From positions 16,596 through 80,595 of the forward strand of contig JAIYAU010000036.1 in assembly GCA_027488865.1 (NCBI GenBank): a DNA stretch of 64,000 bases. The letters are read 5' to 3'. A program made the translations under genes and the position numbers. The stretch is from Cytophagaceae bacterium (lineage in GTDB: Bacteria; Bacteroidota; Bacteroidia; Cytophagales; UBA9547). The notes beneath the pieces were generated by a model. The model did no database searches and had not been told where the DNA came from. It saw only the letters and a program-made list of their open reading frames with translations. Of the stretch, positions 9,896 through 19,565 are shown piece after piece; the first letter of the stretch is position 1, and each line of letters opens with the position of its first letter.

Positions 9896-11146
9896 ATGAG
9901 CCTAAGAATTTTACACACCGCGGACTGGCATATTGGGCAAACTTTTTATGGGTATGATAGGTCTGTTGAACATGAACATTTTTTAGCTTGGTTGATTTCT
10001 GCTTTAATAGATCATTCTATTGATGTTTTGTTGGTTTCTGGGGATGTTTTTGATATTGCTAATCCGTCTGCGGCTTCACAAAAAATGTTTTTCAATTTTA
10101 TAAAAAAGGCTAAATCTAAAATGCCGAATCTGCAAATTATCATTACTGCTGGTAATCATGATTCTGCCTCAAGATTGGAAGCACCAAAACCGTTATTAGA
10201 AGATTTGGATATTACTGTTATTGGTACTATTCCACGTAATAATGAGTTAAGTATCGATTACAAATCATTATTAATACCCTTGTATAATAGTGGTAGAGAA
10301 ATAAGTGCATGGTGTCTAGCTGTTCCATTTTTGAGAATGGGTGATTATCCTCCAGGGGAAACGTCAACTACTACTTATTACGATGGTATTCTAAGGTTGT
10401 ATGATGAACTGTATTCGTTCGCAAAGACAAAAATTAGCCCAGATCTTGCAGTCATTGTTATGGGTCATTTGCACGTACAAGGTGCCAAAACTTCAGATAA
10501 TGACAAAAGTGAAAGAACTATTATTGGTGGCATGGAATTTTTACCTGCTGAATTTTTTAATCCAAATATTAGTTATTTGGCTCTAGGTCATATACATAAG
10601 GCACAAATAGTAGCAAATAAAAATCACTATCGATATTGTGGTAGTCCAATTCCTATGTCATTCAGTGAAATTGAGTATAACCATCAAGTGGTAGTATTTG
10701 ATATTGTTAATAATTCTGTTGTTAATATAGAAGAAATTAAAATACCTATTAAAGTTGGATTAAAGTGCATTCCTGATTTTCATGAACCATTACCCAACGT
10801 ATTACAAAAGTTGGAAGCTTTGCCCACAAAGGGTAGTTATATAGGTGATGCTCCTTATCTTGAGGTACGTATTTTGATTAGTGAAATAGAACCCTCTCTA
10901 AAACATAAGGTAGAGGCTGTTTTAGCATCTAAGCATGTAAAATTCGCAAGAATAGATGTAAAATATGTTCAAGAAGAAATTCCTATAAAAAGTCAAAAAA
11001 CACTCAGTTTTGATGATTTTAAGAAATTAGATCCAATAGAAATTGCCAATAAAAGTTATGCAGCTAAGTATAAATCCGACATGCCTTATGAACTTAGTAA
11101 TCTATTTATAGAAATAATAGAGGAAGCAAAATTATTAGAGGATTGA
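9896..11146 (+). CDS. sbcD: Exonuclease SbcCD subunit D
   Basis: Metallophosphoesterase motifs HTADWHIG, GDVFD, GNHDS, ALGHIH and YCGSP.P.SFSE, plus the SbcD C-terminal domain. Confidence 0.93.
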   Translation: MSLRILHTADWHIGQTFYGYDRSVEHEHFLAWLISALIDHSIDVLLVSGDVFDIANPSAASQKMFFNFIKKAKSKMPNLQIIITAGNHDSASRLEAPKPLLEDLDITVIGTIPRNNELSIDYKSLLIPLYNSGREISAWCLAVPFLRMGDYPPGETSTTTYYDGILRLYDELYSFAKTKISPDLAVIVMGHLHVQGAKTSDNDKSERTIIGGMEFLPAEFFNPNISYLALGHIHKAQIVANKNHYRYCGSPIPMSFSEIEYNHQVVVFDIVNNSVVNIEEIKIPIKVGLKCIPDFHEPLPNVLQKLEALPTKGSYIGDAPYLEVRILISEIEPSLKHKVEAVLASKHVKFARIDVKYVQEEIPIKSQKTLSFDDFKKLDPIEIANKSYAAKYKSDMPYELSNLFIEIIEEAKLLED

Positions 11147-11339
11147 GACGTTTAATATTTTTAATCCCTTTAAAAACTTAAAGTCATTTTTATGACAATA
11201 ACCTTAACTTTAAAGGGATATTAGTGAAATAGTTTATAGAACACCGTTAAAACCACCCATTTTTAAATTATTAGTTTATTTCAACACTAATACTTTGAAA
11301 AAACAATGATTTGTTATGGTGATTTGATGCTACTTCAAG

Positions 11340-12677
11340 TTATGATTGTTTTAAAATCTTATATCCTCTTATTCCAAAAAATAAGATATAGATATAACAA
11401 ATAAAAGGAACAAAGAAGGATTTTTGATAACCAATAACATCAGCACTTAAGCCCATTAAAGGAGGAATAATGGCTCCGCCGACAATCATCATAACCAGCA
11501 TGGAGGATGCCTTACTTGTATAATTACCTAATCCTTCAATAGACAAAGCAAAAATGGTAGGAAACATAATTGAGTTGAATAACCCAATAGATAAAATTGA
11601 CCACATTGCTAAATCGCCATCTGTATTCATTCCTATTATGAGTAATGTACATACAGTAGCAGCACAAATTGCTAAAATCCTAGACGGTTTTATATAATAT
11701 AAAATAACAGCACCTAAGAACCGACCTACCATAGCGCCTCCCCAATAATACGATAAATATCCTCCAGCTTCATTTTCTAAAAAACCTTTAATATTGCTTT
11801 GTCCTAAAAAGTTAATTATAAAGGTACCTATAGCTACTTCTCCGCCTACATACATGAAGATACCTCCCATTCCGAATAGCAGATGTCTGTATTTTTTCCA
11901 TATAAGGCTAAATGTAAAATCCTCGGTCTCAGTATTACTTTCAGAAGTATTGTTACCAGTTATTTTAGGCAATTTAAATATGTAGATGAGCGCAGAAAGA
12001 GCTAGTAACGTTATTGCAAGGCCTATGTAAGGAAGTTGAACGCTTTTTGCTTCGTTAATTAGGTATGCTGACAGTTCGTTTGGAGTAAATTCATTTAATT
12101 CTTCTGGTGATGGATGATGAGCGGTTAGTATTAACATAATACCAAACTGAGGAGCTATAGTCGTTCCTAAAGAATTAAAAGCTTGAGTCATAGTTAATCT
12201 ACTTGATGCAGATTCAGCCTTGCCAAGAATACTAACGTATGGGTTTGCAGCTATTTGTAATATAGTCACACCTGCTCCTAACACGAAAAGAGCTAACAAG
12301 AAAAACCAGTATTGTTTTATTTCTGCTGCTGGATAGAAAAGTACACATCCAAAAGCTAAAATAATGAGGCCTAGGATTATACCGTTTTTATACCCAATTT
12401 TATTTAATAGGTCACCATAAACTTGAGATGTTACAAAATAGGTAAGTGCAACTACGAAGTATGCAAAGAAGAAAAACGTTTGAATAAGTGATGATTGCCA
12501 GTTTTGTAATTGAAAAGCAATTTTTAAATGTGGTACCAGAATGTCGTTGAGACAAGTGATGAAACCCCACATGAAAAACAGGGAAGTTAGTACAATAAGT
12601 GGGCCAATATAATTATTATTACCAACAGTACTTTCAGAAGTTTGGGTTTGGTCACTTACCGGGGCAAATCCAGCCAT
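11340..12677 (-). CDS. Sugar MFS transporter (FucP/GluP family)
   Basis: SLFFMWGFITCLND, LQIAANPY, QAFNSLGT, YVGGEV and NSIMFPTIF motifs. Confidence 0.92.
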   Translation of the reverse strand: MAGFAPVSDQTQTSESTVGNNNYIGPLIVLTSLFFMWGFITCLNDILVPHLKIAFQLQNWQSSLIQTFFFFAYFVVALTYFVTSQVYGDLLNKIGYKNGIILGLIILAFGCVLFYPAAEIKQYWFFLLALFVLGAGVTILQIAANPYVSILGKAESASSRLTMTQAFNSLGTTIAPQFGIMLILTAHHPSPEELNEFTPNELSAYLINEAKSVQLPYIGLAITLLALSALIYIFKLPKITGNNTSESNTETEDFTFSLIWKKYRHLLFGMGGIFMYVGGEVAIGTFIINFLGQSNIKGFLENEAGGYLSYYWGGAMVGRFLGAVILYYIKPSRILAICAATVCTLLIIGMNTDGDLAMWSILSIGLFNSIMFPTIFALSIEGLGNYTSKASSMLVMMIVGGAIIPPLMGLSADVIGYQKSFFVPFICYIYILFFGIRGYKILKQS

Positions 12678-12725
12678 AGATATAAGTTTAAAGTAAAATT
12701 GTTGTTATTTAAAAGATAATTTTGA

Positions 12726-12733
12726 CAAATATA
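12726..12733 (-). promoter_or_regulatory. Bacteroidota -7 promoter element for the MFS transporter
   Basis: Minus strand reads TATATTTG about 48 nt upstream of the start. Confidence 0.55.
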
Positions 12734-12812
12734 CATAGAAAGTTCTTGTAGATTAGAAGATTTCATGAAAAAATGTTAATTAAGAAAGTATAATTTTTTA
12801 ATTAATTGATTT

Positions 12813-13523
12813 TTAAGCCAATTGGCGTAAATAGAGTTGAACTGTGTTTTCAAGTCCAAGGTAAAGGGCATCACATATAAGTGCATGTCCTATTGATACT
12901 TCAAGCAAATTAGGGATGTTTTTTTTGAAGTATCTCAAATTTTCTAAGTTCAAATCATGTCCGGCATTTAAGCCCAGTTGCAAGGTTTCTGCCATTTTTG
13001 CAGCTTGAATAAATGGGTAAATTGCTTCTTCTTTGTTTAAATAATTGATTGCATAAGGTTCTGTAAATAATTCTACTCTGTCACTTCCTATATTTGCAGA
13101 TCCTTCCACCATTTTTACATCGGCATTTACAAATATTGAAGTTCTTACTCCTAATGATTTAATTTCATCAATAATATCTTTTAAAAAATGATAATGTGAA
13201 ATTGTGTCCCATCCTGAATTTGAGGTAATTGCATTTGGAGGATCAGGCACAAGAGTCGCTTGTGTCGGTAAGGTTTCACGTATTAATTGAAGATATTTTT
13301 GGTCAGGATAACCCTCAATATTGAGTTCTGTGCTTATGGATTGTTTTAGGTTTACAACATCATCGTACCTAATATGACGTTGATCTGGTCTTGGATGAAC
13401 CGTAATTCCTTGAGCACCAAATCTTTCACAATCTAATGCTACTTGTTGCAAATTGGGATTATTTCCACCCCTAGCGTTGCGAAGGGTGGCAACTTTGTTA
13501 ATATTTACACTTAGTTTTGTCAC
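12813..13523 (-). CDS. pdxJ: Pyridoxine 5'-phosphate synthase
   Basis: LSVNINKVATLRNARG, GITVHPRPDQRHI, NAGHDL and EVSIGH; GTG start. Confidence 0.97.
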   Translation of the reverse strand: MTKLSVNINKVATLRNARGGNNPNLQQVALDCERFGAQGITVHPRPDQRHIRYDDVVNLKQSISTELNIEGYPDQKYLQLIRETLPTQATLVPDPPNAITSNSGWDTISHYHFLKDIIDEIKSLGVRTSIFVNADVKMVEGSANIGSDRVELFTEPYAINYLNKEEAIYPFIQAAKMAETLQLGLNAGHDLNLENLRYFKKNIPNLLEVSIGHALICDALYLGLENTVQLYLRQLA

Positions 13524-13600
13524 TTATTTTGATTGTTAAGCTTTGTTTTTATACTTTCGCAAAATTCATTAATGATTCACAAAAATAAAACTTTTATTTT

Positions 13601-14050
13601 ATGAGCTTAAAATTACTTATTGAGGCGGATATTAAAAAAGCAATGCTGGCGAAGGATAAAGAAACACTTCAGGCCTTACGTAGCATTAAATCATTGATAT
13701 TATTAGCTGAAACTGAGAAAGGCGCATCTGAAGCCATTAGTGAGGAGGCAGAAATTAAATTACTTACAAAGGCTGCCAAACAAAGACGAGAGTCTGCAGA
13801 AATATTTGCTTCACAAGGTAGAGAGGATTTGAAATTAGTAGAAGAAAGGGAACTAGAAATAATAGAAAGGTATTTACCTAAACAACTTACTCAGGAAGAA
13901 TTAGAGTTTAAAATTAAGTCTTTTATCCAACAACTAGGTGCTACATCTATTGCAGATTTAGGTAAAGTAATGGGGTTGGCATCCAAAGAGCTGGCAGGTA
14001 TGGCAGATGGCAAATTGATCGCATCTACAGTAAAGTCATTATTAAGTTAG
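13601..14050 (+). CDS. GatB/YqeY domain protein
   Basis: KKAMLAKD, KQRRES, YLPKQL and DLGKVMG motifs. Confidence 0.93.
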   Translation: MSLKLLIEADIKKAMLAKDKETLQALRSIKSLILLAETEKGASEAISEEAEIKLLTKAAKQRRESAEIFASQGREDLKLVEERELEIIERYLPKQLTQEELEFKIKSFIQQLGATSIADLGKVMGLASKELAGMADGKLIASTVKSLLS

Positions 14051-14055
14051 ATTTA

Positions 14056-14520
14056 ATGAAAGTACTTGATTATTTCATACTTATTCCTACAATTACTGCC
14101 GCTTGGTTTGGATACCAGAAAGGGTTTCTTATGGCCATTTTACAATTGTTAGGCTTAATAATTGGTCTTTTTTTGGGGTTTAAGATGATAGATGTGGGTG
14201 TTGAGTTTATTAAACTTAAGCTGGGATACGAAGGGTTGCTTTCTCCTATTCTTGGTTACCTAACCATGTTTTTGTTCATTTATATATCCTTCATTGTAAT
14301 AAGTAAAGTGTTTAAATGGGTTTTACATAAAACTATTTTAGGGTCATTTGACAAATTGGCAGGATTATTGCTGGGAATACTTAAGGTGTTTTTGGTAGTT
14401 TTGATGTTTATATGGACTGCTCAAAAATACAGTTTTTTTGTCAAGGTTAATTGGATTAAACAGAATAGTGTTTTTTGCGAATATTTTATTGATAAAGTTC
14501 AATTATTTGCAACAAACTAG
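14056..14520 (+). CDS. CvpA family membrane protein
   Basis: LD..I.....GY.KGF start, four TMs and DKLAGLLLG. Confidence 0.85.
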   Translation: MKVLDYFILIPTITAAWFGYQKGFLMAILQLLGLIIGLFLGFKMIDVGVEFIKLKLGYEGLLSPILGYLTMFLFIYISFIVISKVFKWVLHKTILGSFDKLAGLLLGILKVFLVVLMFIWTAQKYSFFVKVNWIKQNSVFCEYFIDKVQLFATN

Positions 14521-14623
14521 TATTATAATCTTACCAAAACTTTTTATTAAAAATTAATTTTCATTGGTAAACATGAACCTCAGGAAACTTTATTTCTAGG
14601 GACACGTAGTAATTTTAAACGAA

Positions 14624-15400
14624 ATGCACAATAATATGGACTTAAACTTGAGAGAAGAGCGGGGATTCAAATTTATTGATGTTGGACACGGTGATGTGTT
14701 ACTCTTGTTGCATGGGTTGTTTGGCGCATTAAGCAATTGGTCTGATGTAATTAGAACTTTTTCAGCTACCCATCGGGTTGTAATTCCAATTATGCCGATT
14801 TATGAAATGCCCTTAAAGTCAGCCAGTGTGGATGGTTTGGTAGAATACGTTGAAGATTTTCTCCAGTTTCGTGAAATTGAAGAAATGACCATACTTGGAA
14901 ATTCTCTAGGAGGGCATGTAGGGCTCATTTATACGCTAAGAAATCCTACCAAGGTTAAAAATTTGGTGCTAACAGGTAGTTCTGGTCTGTTTGAAAATTC
15001 AACTGGTGGCTCGTATCCTAAACGTGGCAACTATGACTTTGTTAAAGAGAAGGTACAATATACATTTTACGATCCAGCGGTAGCTACTAAGGATCTTGTT
15101 GATGAAGTTTTTGAGATTACCAATAGTGTACCAAAGTGTATGCGAATTGTTGCAATTGCTAAATCAGCTCAAAGGCACAATATGGCCAAGGATATAAGAA
15201 AAATAAAAATTCCTACATTGTTAGTGTGGGGATTAAATGATACCATAACCCCACCAGAAGTGGCACATGAGTTTAATAGATTAATTCCTAACTCGGAGAT
15301 CAGATTTATCGATAAATGTGGTCATGCACCAATGATGGAACACTCTGAAATTTTTAATCAATATGTCAGTCAATTTTTGCAAGTTAAAGTGGCTGTATGA
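14624..15400 (+). CDS. Alpha/beta fold hydrolase
   Basis: LLHGLFG, GNSLGG nucleophile elbow, WG.ND and CGHAPMME. Confidence 0.92.
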   Translation: MHNNMDLNLREERGFKFIDVGHGDVLLLLHGLFGALSNWSDVIRTFSATHRVVIPIMPIYEMPLKSASVDGLVEYVEDFLQFREIEEMTILGNSLGGHVGLIYTLRNPTKVKNLVLTGSSGLFENSTGGSYPKRGNYDFVKEKVQYTFYDPAVATKDLVDEVFEITNSVPKCMRIVAIAKSAQRHNMAKDIRKIKIPTLLVWGLNDTITPPEVAHEFNRLIPNSEIRFIDKCGHAPMMEHSEIFNQYVSQFLQVKVAV

Positions 15401-16062
15401 TTGCAGAGGAGCTAATAGATGCATCGTATCCGGTTCTTAAATCTACTGATTTAGCAGAAAAAGCTTTGGACTTAATGGAAGAAACTGGATTTGTATGTCT
15501 TCCAGTTGTAAATGAAGGGGTCTTTTTGGGTTTTTTGTTTGAAGATACAATTCACACATTGTTTGAAACCAACGTGGCCATACTTAACTTAAAGCTATCG
15601 AATATAGACTGTTTGGTAAAAAATACCGATCATTGGTACGAAGTATTAAGAAAGGCCTCAGTTTTTAATAGCAATATTGTTTCTGTCGTTAATCATGCAA
15701 AACAATTGGTAGGTATCATAAGAATGGAGTCTATTTTCAATAGATTCTACGGCATGACTGCCTTTAAAAATCCTGGAGGTATTATTGTATTGCAACTTGA
15801 GCATAGGGAATATTCATTAGCAGATATAAGTAGAGTAGTAGAAAGTAATGGTGCTAAAATTTTAAGTGCAATACTTTCCGAGGACGATAATACTAATAAT
15901 TTTGTTTTCCTTACATTAAAACTTAACCTTGATGAGTTAACCAGGGTAATTGCTGGGTTAGAACGATATCATTATAACATAGTAGGTCAGTTTCATCAAG
16001 CTGAGTTTGAAAATATTGATAAACAACGCTTAGATAATTTTTTTAAGTTTATAAATATTTAA
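15397..16062 (+). CDS. CBS domain-containing protein
   Basis: Tandem CBS pattern plus ACT-like YSLADISRVVESNGAKIL; ATGA overlap; usual position before nadK. Confidence 0.85.
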   Translation: MIAEELIDASYPVLKSTDLAEKALDLMEETGFVCLPVVNEGVFLGFLFEDTIHTLFETNVAILNLKLSNIDCLVKNTDHWYEVLRKASVFNSNIVSVVNHAKQLVGIIRMESIFNRFYGMTAFKNPGGIIVLQLEHREYSLADISRVVESNGAKILSAILSEDDNTNNFVFLTLKLNLDELTRVIAGLERYHYNIVGQFHQAEFENIDKQRLDNFFKFINI

Positions 16063-16064
16063 AG

Positions 16065-16940
16065 ATGAAAGTCGCAATACACGGAAGAGCTTTTAAGGAT
16101 GAAAATATAGCATTGATTCAGAGTGTATTGCAACAACTTGTAGATGCCAAAGTGGAGGTTTTTTTATTTGAGGCATTTTCAGATTGTGTGGCAAAAAAAA
16201 ATGTTTTTCCCAATCATTTTCAAGTTTTTACGAGTCATTTAGATTTTCCAATTGCTGATTTTGCAATAAGCATAGGTGGAGATGGTACCTTGTTAGAATC
16301 AGTCACTTTTATAGGGGAAAAGGAAATACCTATTTTAGGAATAAATACTGGGAGGTTAGGTTATTTAGCCAATGTATCTAAATCCGATATTACGTTAGCA
16401 TTAAAAAGTATTTTAGATCAGGTATATGAAATTGATGAAAGAACATTAATTAAGTTAGAATCTGACAAGGATTTATTTCAAGGGGTTAATTTTGGAGTAA
16501 ATGAGCTCGCAATCTTAAAAAGAGATACCTCTTCTATGATTATAGTGCATACCTATATTAATGATGAGTTTTTAAATTCTTATTGGGCCGATGGATTGTT
16601 GGTATCAACCCCCACCGGCTCTACAGGATATTCGCTAAGTTGTGGAGGGCCAGTGGTAATGCCTAGGTCAAATAGTTTAATTATTACTCCTGTAAGCCCA
16701 CATAATTTAAATGTAAGGCCTTTAGTGGTGCCAGATGATGTACATATTAAGTTTCAAATAGAAGGAAGAGGGAAGAACTTCTTAGTAGCGCTAGATTCTA
16801 GGTCTAGAACCGTCGATGCTAATGTGCAGTTAGCCGCCAAAAAAGAAAAGTTCAAAGCTAAATTAATAACTGTACAAGGGGTAAATTATTTAAATACACT
16901 TAGAACAAAATTAAATTGGGGTTTAGACGTAAGAAATTAA
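16065..16940 (+). CDS. nadK: NAD kinase
   Basis: GGDGT, GINTGRLGYL, NE and ADGLLVSTPTGSTGYSLSCGGP. Confidence 0.96.
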   Translation: MKVAIHGRAFKDENIALIQSVLQQLVDAKVEVFLFEAFSDCVAKKNVFPNHFQVFTSHLDFPIADFAISIGGDGTLLESVTFIGEKEIPILGINTGRLGYLANVSKSDITLALKSILDQVYEIDERTLIKLESDKDLFQGVNFGVNELAILKRDTSSMIIVHTYINDEFLNSYWADGLLVSTPTGSTGYSLSCGGPVVMPRSNSLIITPVSPHNLNVRPLVVPDDVHIKFQIEGRGKNFLVALDSRSRTVDANVQLAAKKEKFKAKLITVQGVNYLNTLRTKLNWGLDVRN

Positions 16941-17022
16941 TAGTTTTTTTGGGATATTCAAAGAATATATATTAATTTTGCAATAGAAATATACACCAAT
17001 TTTGAATTTTCAAATTTCATCC

Positions 17023-18009
17023 ATGAACAGACCAATACAACTGATAGTAATTTTAGTAGTAGGTTTTTGTACGATTTCTGAGTCTACTTATGCTCAGAGA
17101 TTCATAAAAAAGAAAAAATATTTAAGTGTTGGTGGTACACTTAATGCTATGAACTATGTAGGTGACCTAGATCCAGGTTCTAGTTTTGTGAGTCCATCAT
17201 TGAGATACACAAGGCCAAATCTAGGTTTTACTGTTACTTATAGAATGGCTCCAAGAATTTCTGCGAGGGGAACGTTTGCATGGGGAAGAATAAAGGGAAA
17301 TGATGCCGTAAGTAGTTCTGGTGGAGGGGATGATGTTACAAGAAAAATTCGGAATTTTAATTTTAGAAGCACTATTTGGGAACTTAAAGGTGATGTAATA
17401 ATCGATTTATTTGAAAATAGAAGTTATTCAGAAAAGCGTCCTGATTATACACCTTATGCGTTTATAGGTCTGGCATTTTTTCATCACAATCCTAAAACCA
17501 ATACTGGTGTTGATGGTACTGGTGGAAGTTGGGTTAAAACACAAGGTTTAAATGCTGGAGAAACATTTAGTTTAAACCAAATATCAATACCTTTAGGTTT
17601 AGGGTTTAGATACAAGCTAGCAAAACATTTAGATTTGGCCTTTGAAATTGGATGGAGAAAAACCTTTACCGATTATTTAGATGGTATGGCGGAGAATTAT
17701 GGAGACCCTAGAGCAATGACTCCAGAACAAAGAGCTTTAATCTTTAGATCGTCTACTCAACAACAATTTGCAGCTGAAAATGGTAATCCAGGTTACGAAA
17801 CTATAGCTGATCCATCAAATCCTACAGGCCCACCGTTAGCAAGTTTTGTTTTAGGTCATGGTGGTGATTTTGTAAACAAGGATGTTGTAAACGGTGCTTG
17901 GGTAAGTAATAAAAGAGGAGATCCAGGAAAAGACTGGTACATAGTTTCTGGGTTTCATTTAACATATATATTTCCTCGTCAGGTAGTATGTCCTAAATTT
18001 AGATATTAG
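17023..18009 (+). CDS. DUF6089/PorG-like outer membrane beta-barrel protein
   Basis: Signal peptide, NYVGDL, TPYAFIG, IPLGLGFRY, R.TFTDYLDG and DWY; TAATTTTG promoter at 16973-16980. Confidence 0.8.
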   Translation: MNRPIQLIVILVVGFCTISESTYAQRFIKKKKYLSVGGTLNAMNYVGDLDPGSSFVSPSLRYTRPNLGFTVTYRMAPRISARGTFAWGRIKGNDAVSSSGGGDDVTRKIRNFNFRSTIWELKGDVIIDLFENRSYSEKRPDYTPYAFIGLAFFHHNPKTNTGVDGTGGSWVKTQGLNAGETFSLNQISIPLGLGFRYKLAKHLDLAFEIGWRKTFTDYLDGMAENYGDPRAMTPEQRALIFRSSTQQQFAAENGNPGYETIADPSNPTGPPLASFVLGHGGDFVNKDVVNGAWVSNKRGDPGKDWYIVSGFHLTYIFPRQVVCPKFRY

Positions 18010-18051
18010 CATAAATAATATTTTGAAAACTTTTACGTTTAAACAACAGAT

Positions 18052-18747
18052 ATGAAAAATTTATTTGTTGTTTTTTTATTTTTAGTCGTGTTTGTCCAAT
18101 TTGGAGTTGCACAAAGTCTAGAATTTGGTGGTAGTATTGGCGCATTAATTTATAAGGGAGATCTCGCTCCTAGAATTGATCCAAGAAATGCAGGGCTAGG
18201 TGGGATGTTTTTTTTTAGACATAACGTAAGCCCTATTGTTGATTTAAGATATCAAATTCAAGCTGGCCAAATTTCTGGTAAGGATTCCAGATTTAATAGC
18301 GCACAAGCAGCAATTAGAAATGCCTCTTTTAAAAACACGATTTTGGAGTTAGATGCTATAATGGAATATAACTTTTTAAACTATAGAGAAACTCCAAAAA
18401 CTTTTAAAAGAAGTGAAAAATGGTCTCCATATTTGGCCTTGGGTCTAGGAGTTATGTTATTCAATCGACTTTCTGATGATGGCGGTATAGTAACCCCTAC
18501 CATACCAATGGGATTTGGAGTAAAATGGGCAACATCAAAACAGTGGAATTTAGGAGCGGAGTTTATGGCAAGAAAGACCTTTACAGATGCTTTAGATGGT
18601 TTTGCCACAAATGACAAATTAACCGTTCAGCGTACTTTTACGAATGATCAAGATTGGTTTACTTTTTTTGGTATAATGGCAAGTTATACCATCTATGGAG
18701 TACATTGTCCAGAAAATAACTCTGGATATTCTCATCCTTCGCATTGA
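18052..18747 (+). CDS. DUF6089/PorG-like outer membrane beta-barrel protein, second paralog
   Basis: YKGDL, EYNFL.Y, SPYL, IPMGFGVK, RKTFTD.LDG and DW; directly before uppS. Confidence 0.8.
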   Translation: MKNLFVVFLFLVVFVQFGVAQSLEFGGSIGALIYKGDLAPRIDPRNAGLGGMFFFRHNVSPIVDLRYQIQAGQISGKDSRFNSAQAAIRNASFKNTILELDAIMEYNFLNYRETPKTFKRSEKWSPYLALGLGVMLFNRLSDDGGIVTPTIPMGFGVKWATSKQWNLGAEFMARKTFTDALDGFATNDKLTVQRTFTNDQDWFTFFGIMASYTIYGVHCPENNSGYSHPSH

Positions 18748-18796
18748 TTTTTAAATTTTTATAAGCAAATTTGCAAGCTAAATTTGAACAAGACTA

Positions 18797-19561
18797 TTGC
18801 AAACTGTTGATTATTCAATTATTTTAAGAGATCAAGTAAACAAAGATAAGCTACCAAACCACATAGCCATAATAATGGATGGCAATGGTCGCTGGGCCAA
18901 AAAAAAGGGTGGTATGCGTATTTTTGGTCATAATCACGCTTTGGAATCAGTGAGACAGACGGTTGAAGGCTGTGCGGAACTGGGTATTGGTTATCTTACC
19001 TTATACGCATTTTCAACGGAAAATTGGAGCAGACCTCAAGAGGAGGTAAAAGGATTAATGGAATTATTAGTTCGTGCAATAAAAGAGGAAGTACCTACGT
19101 TAAATAAAAATAATATAAAATTAAATGCCATTGGGGATATTGCAAGCTTGCCTGCTAATTGTCAAAAGCAATTAGAAGAGGCAATTGCGGCAACCGCTCA
19201 TAATTCACATATGACCTTAACTTTGGCCTTAAGTTATAGTGGAAGGTGGGAAATAACAAGAGCTGTGAAGCTTATTGCTCAAGCAATTGCAAACCATGAG
19301 ATTGAAATAGACGAAATTAATGAGGATTTAGTATCAAATTATTTACATACTAAAAACCTACCAGATCCAGAATTAATGATTAGGACAAGTGGAGAATTAA
19401 GAATTAGTAATTTTTTATTATGGCAGCTTGCCTACACAGAATTATATATCACTGAAGTTTTGTGGCCAGATTTTAGAAAAGAGCACTTATACCAGGCCTT
19501 AATAGATTACCAAAAAAGGGAACGCAGATTTGGCAAAACAAGTGACCAATTAAGTAAATAG
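18797..19561 (+). CDS. uppS: Undecaprenyl diphosphate synthase (isoprenyl transferase)
   Basis: HIAIIMDGNGRWA, YAFSTENW, IRTSGE.RISNFLLWQ and RERRFG. Confidence 0.97.
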   Translation: MQTVDYSIILRDQVNKDKLPNHIAIIMDGNGRWAKKKGGMRIFGHNHALESVRQTVEGCAELGIGYLTLYAFSTENWSRPQEEVKGLMELLVRAIKEEVPTLNKNNIKLNAIGDIASLPANCQKQLEEAIAATAHNSHMTLTLALSYSGRWEITRAVKLIAQAIANHEIEIDEINEDLVSNYLHTKNLPDPELMIRTSGELRISNFLLWQLAYTELYITEVLWPDFRKEHLYQALIDYQKRERRFGKTSDQLSK

Positions 19562-19565
19562 CATA

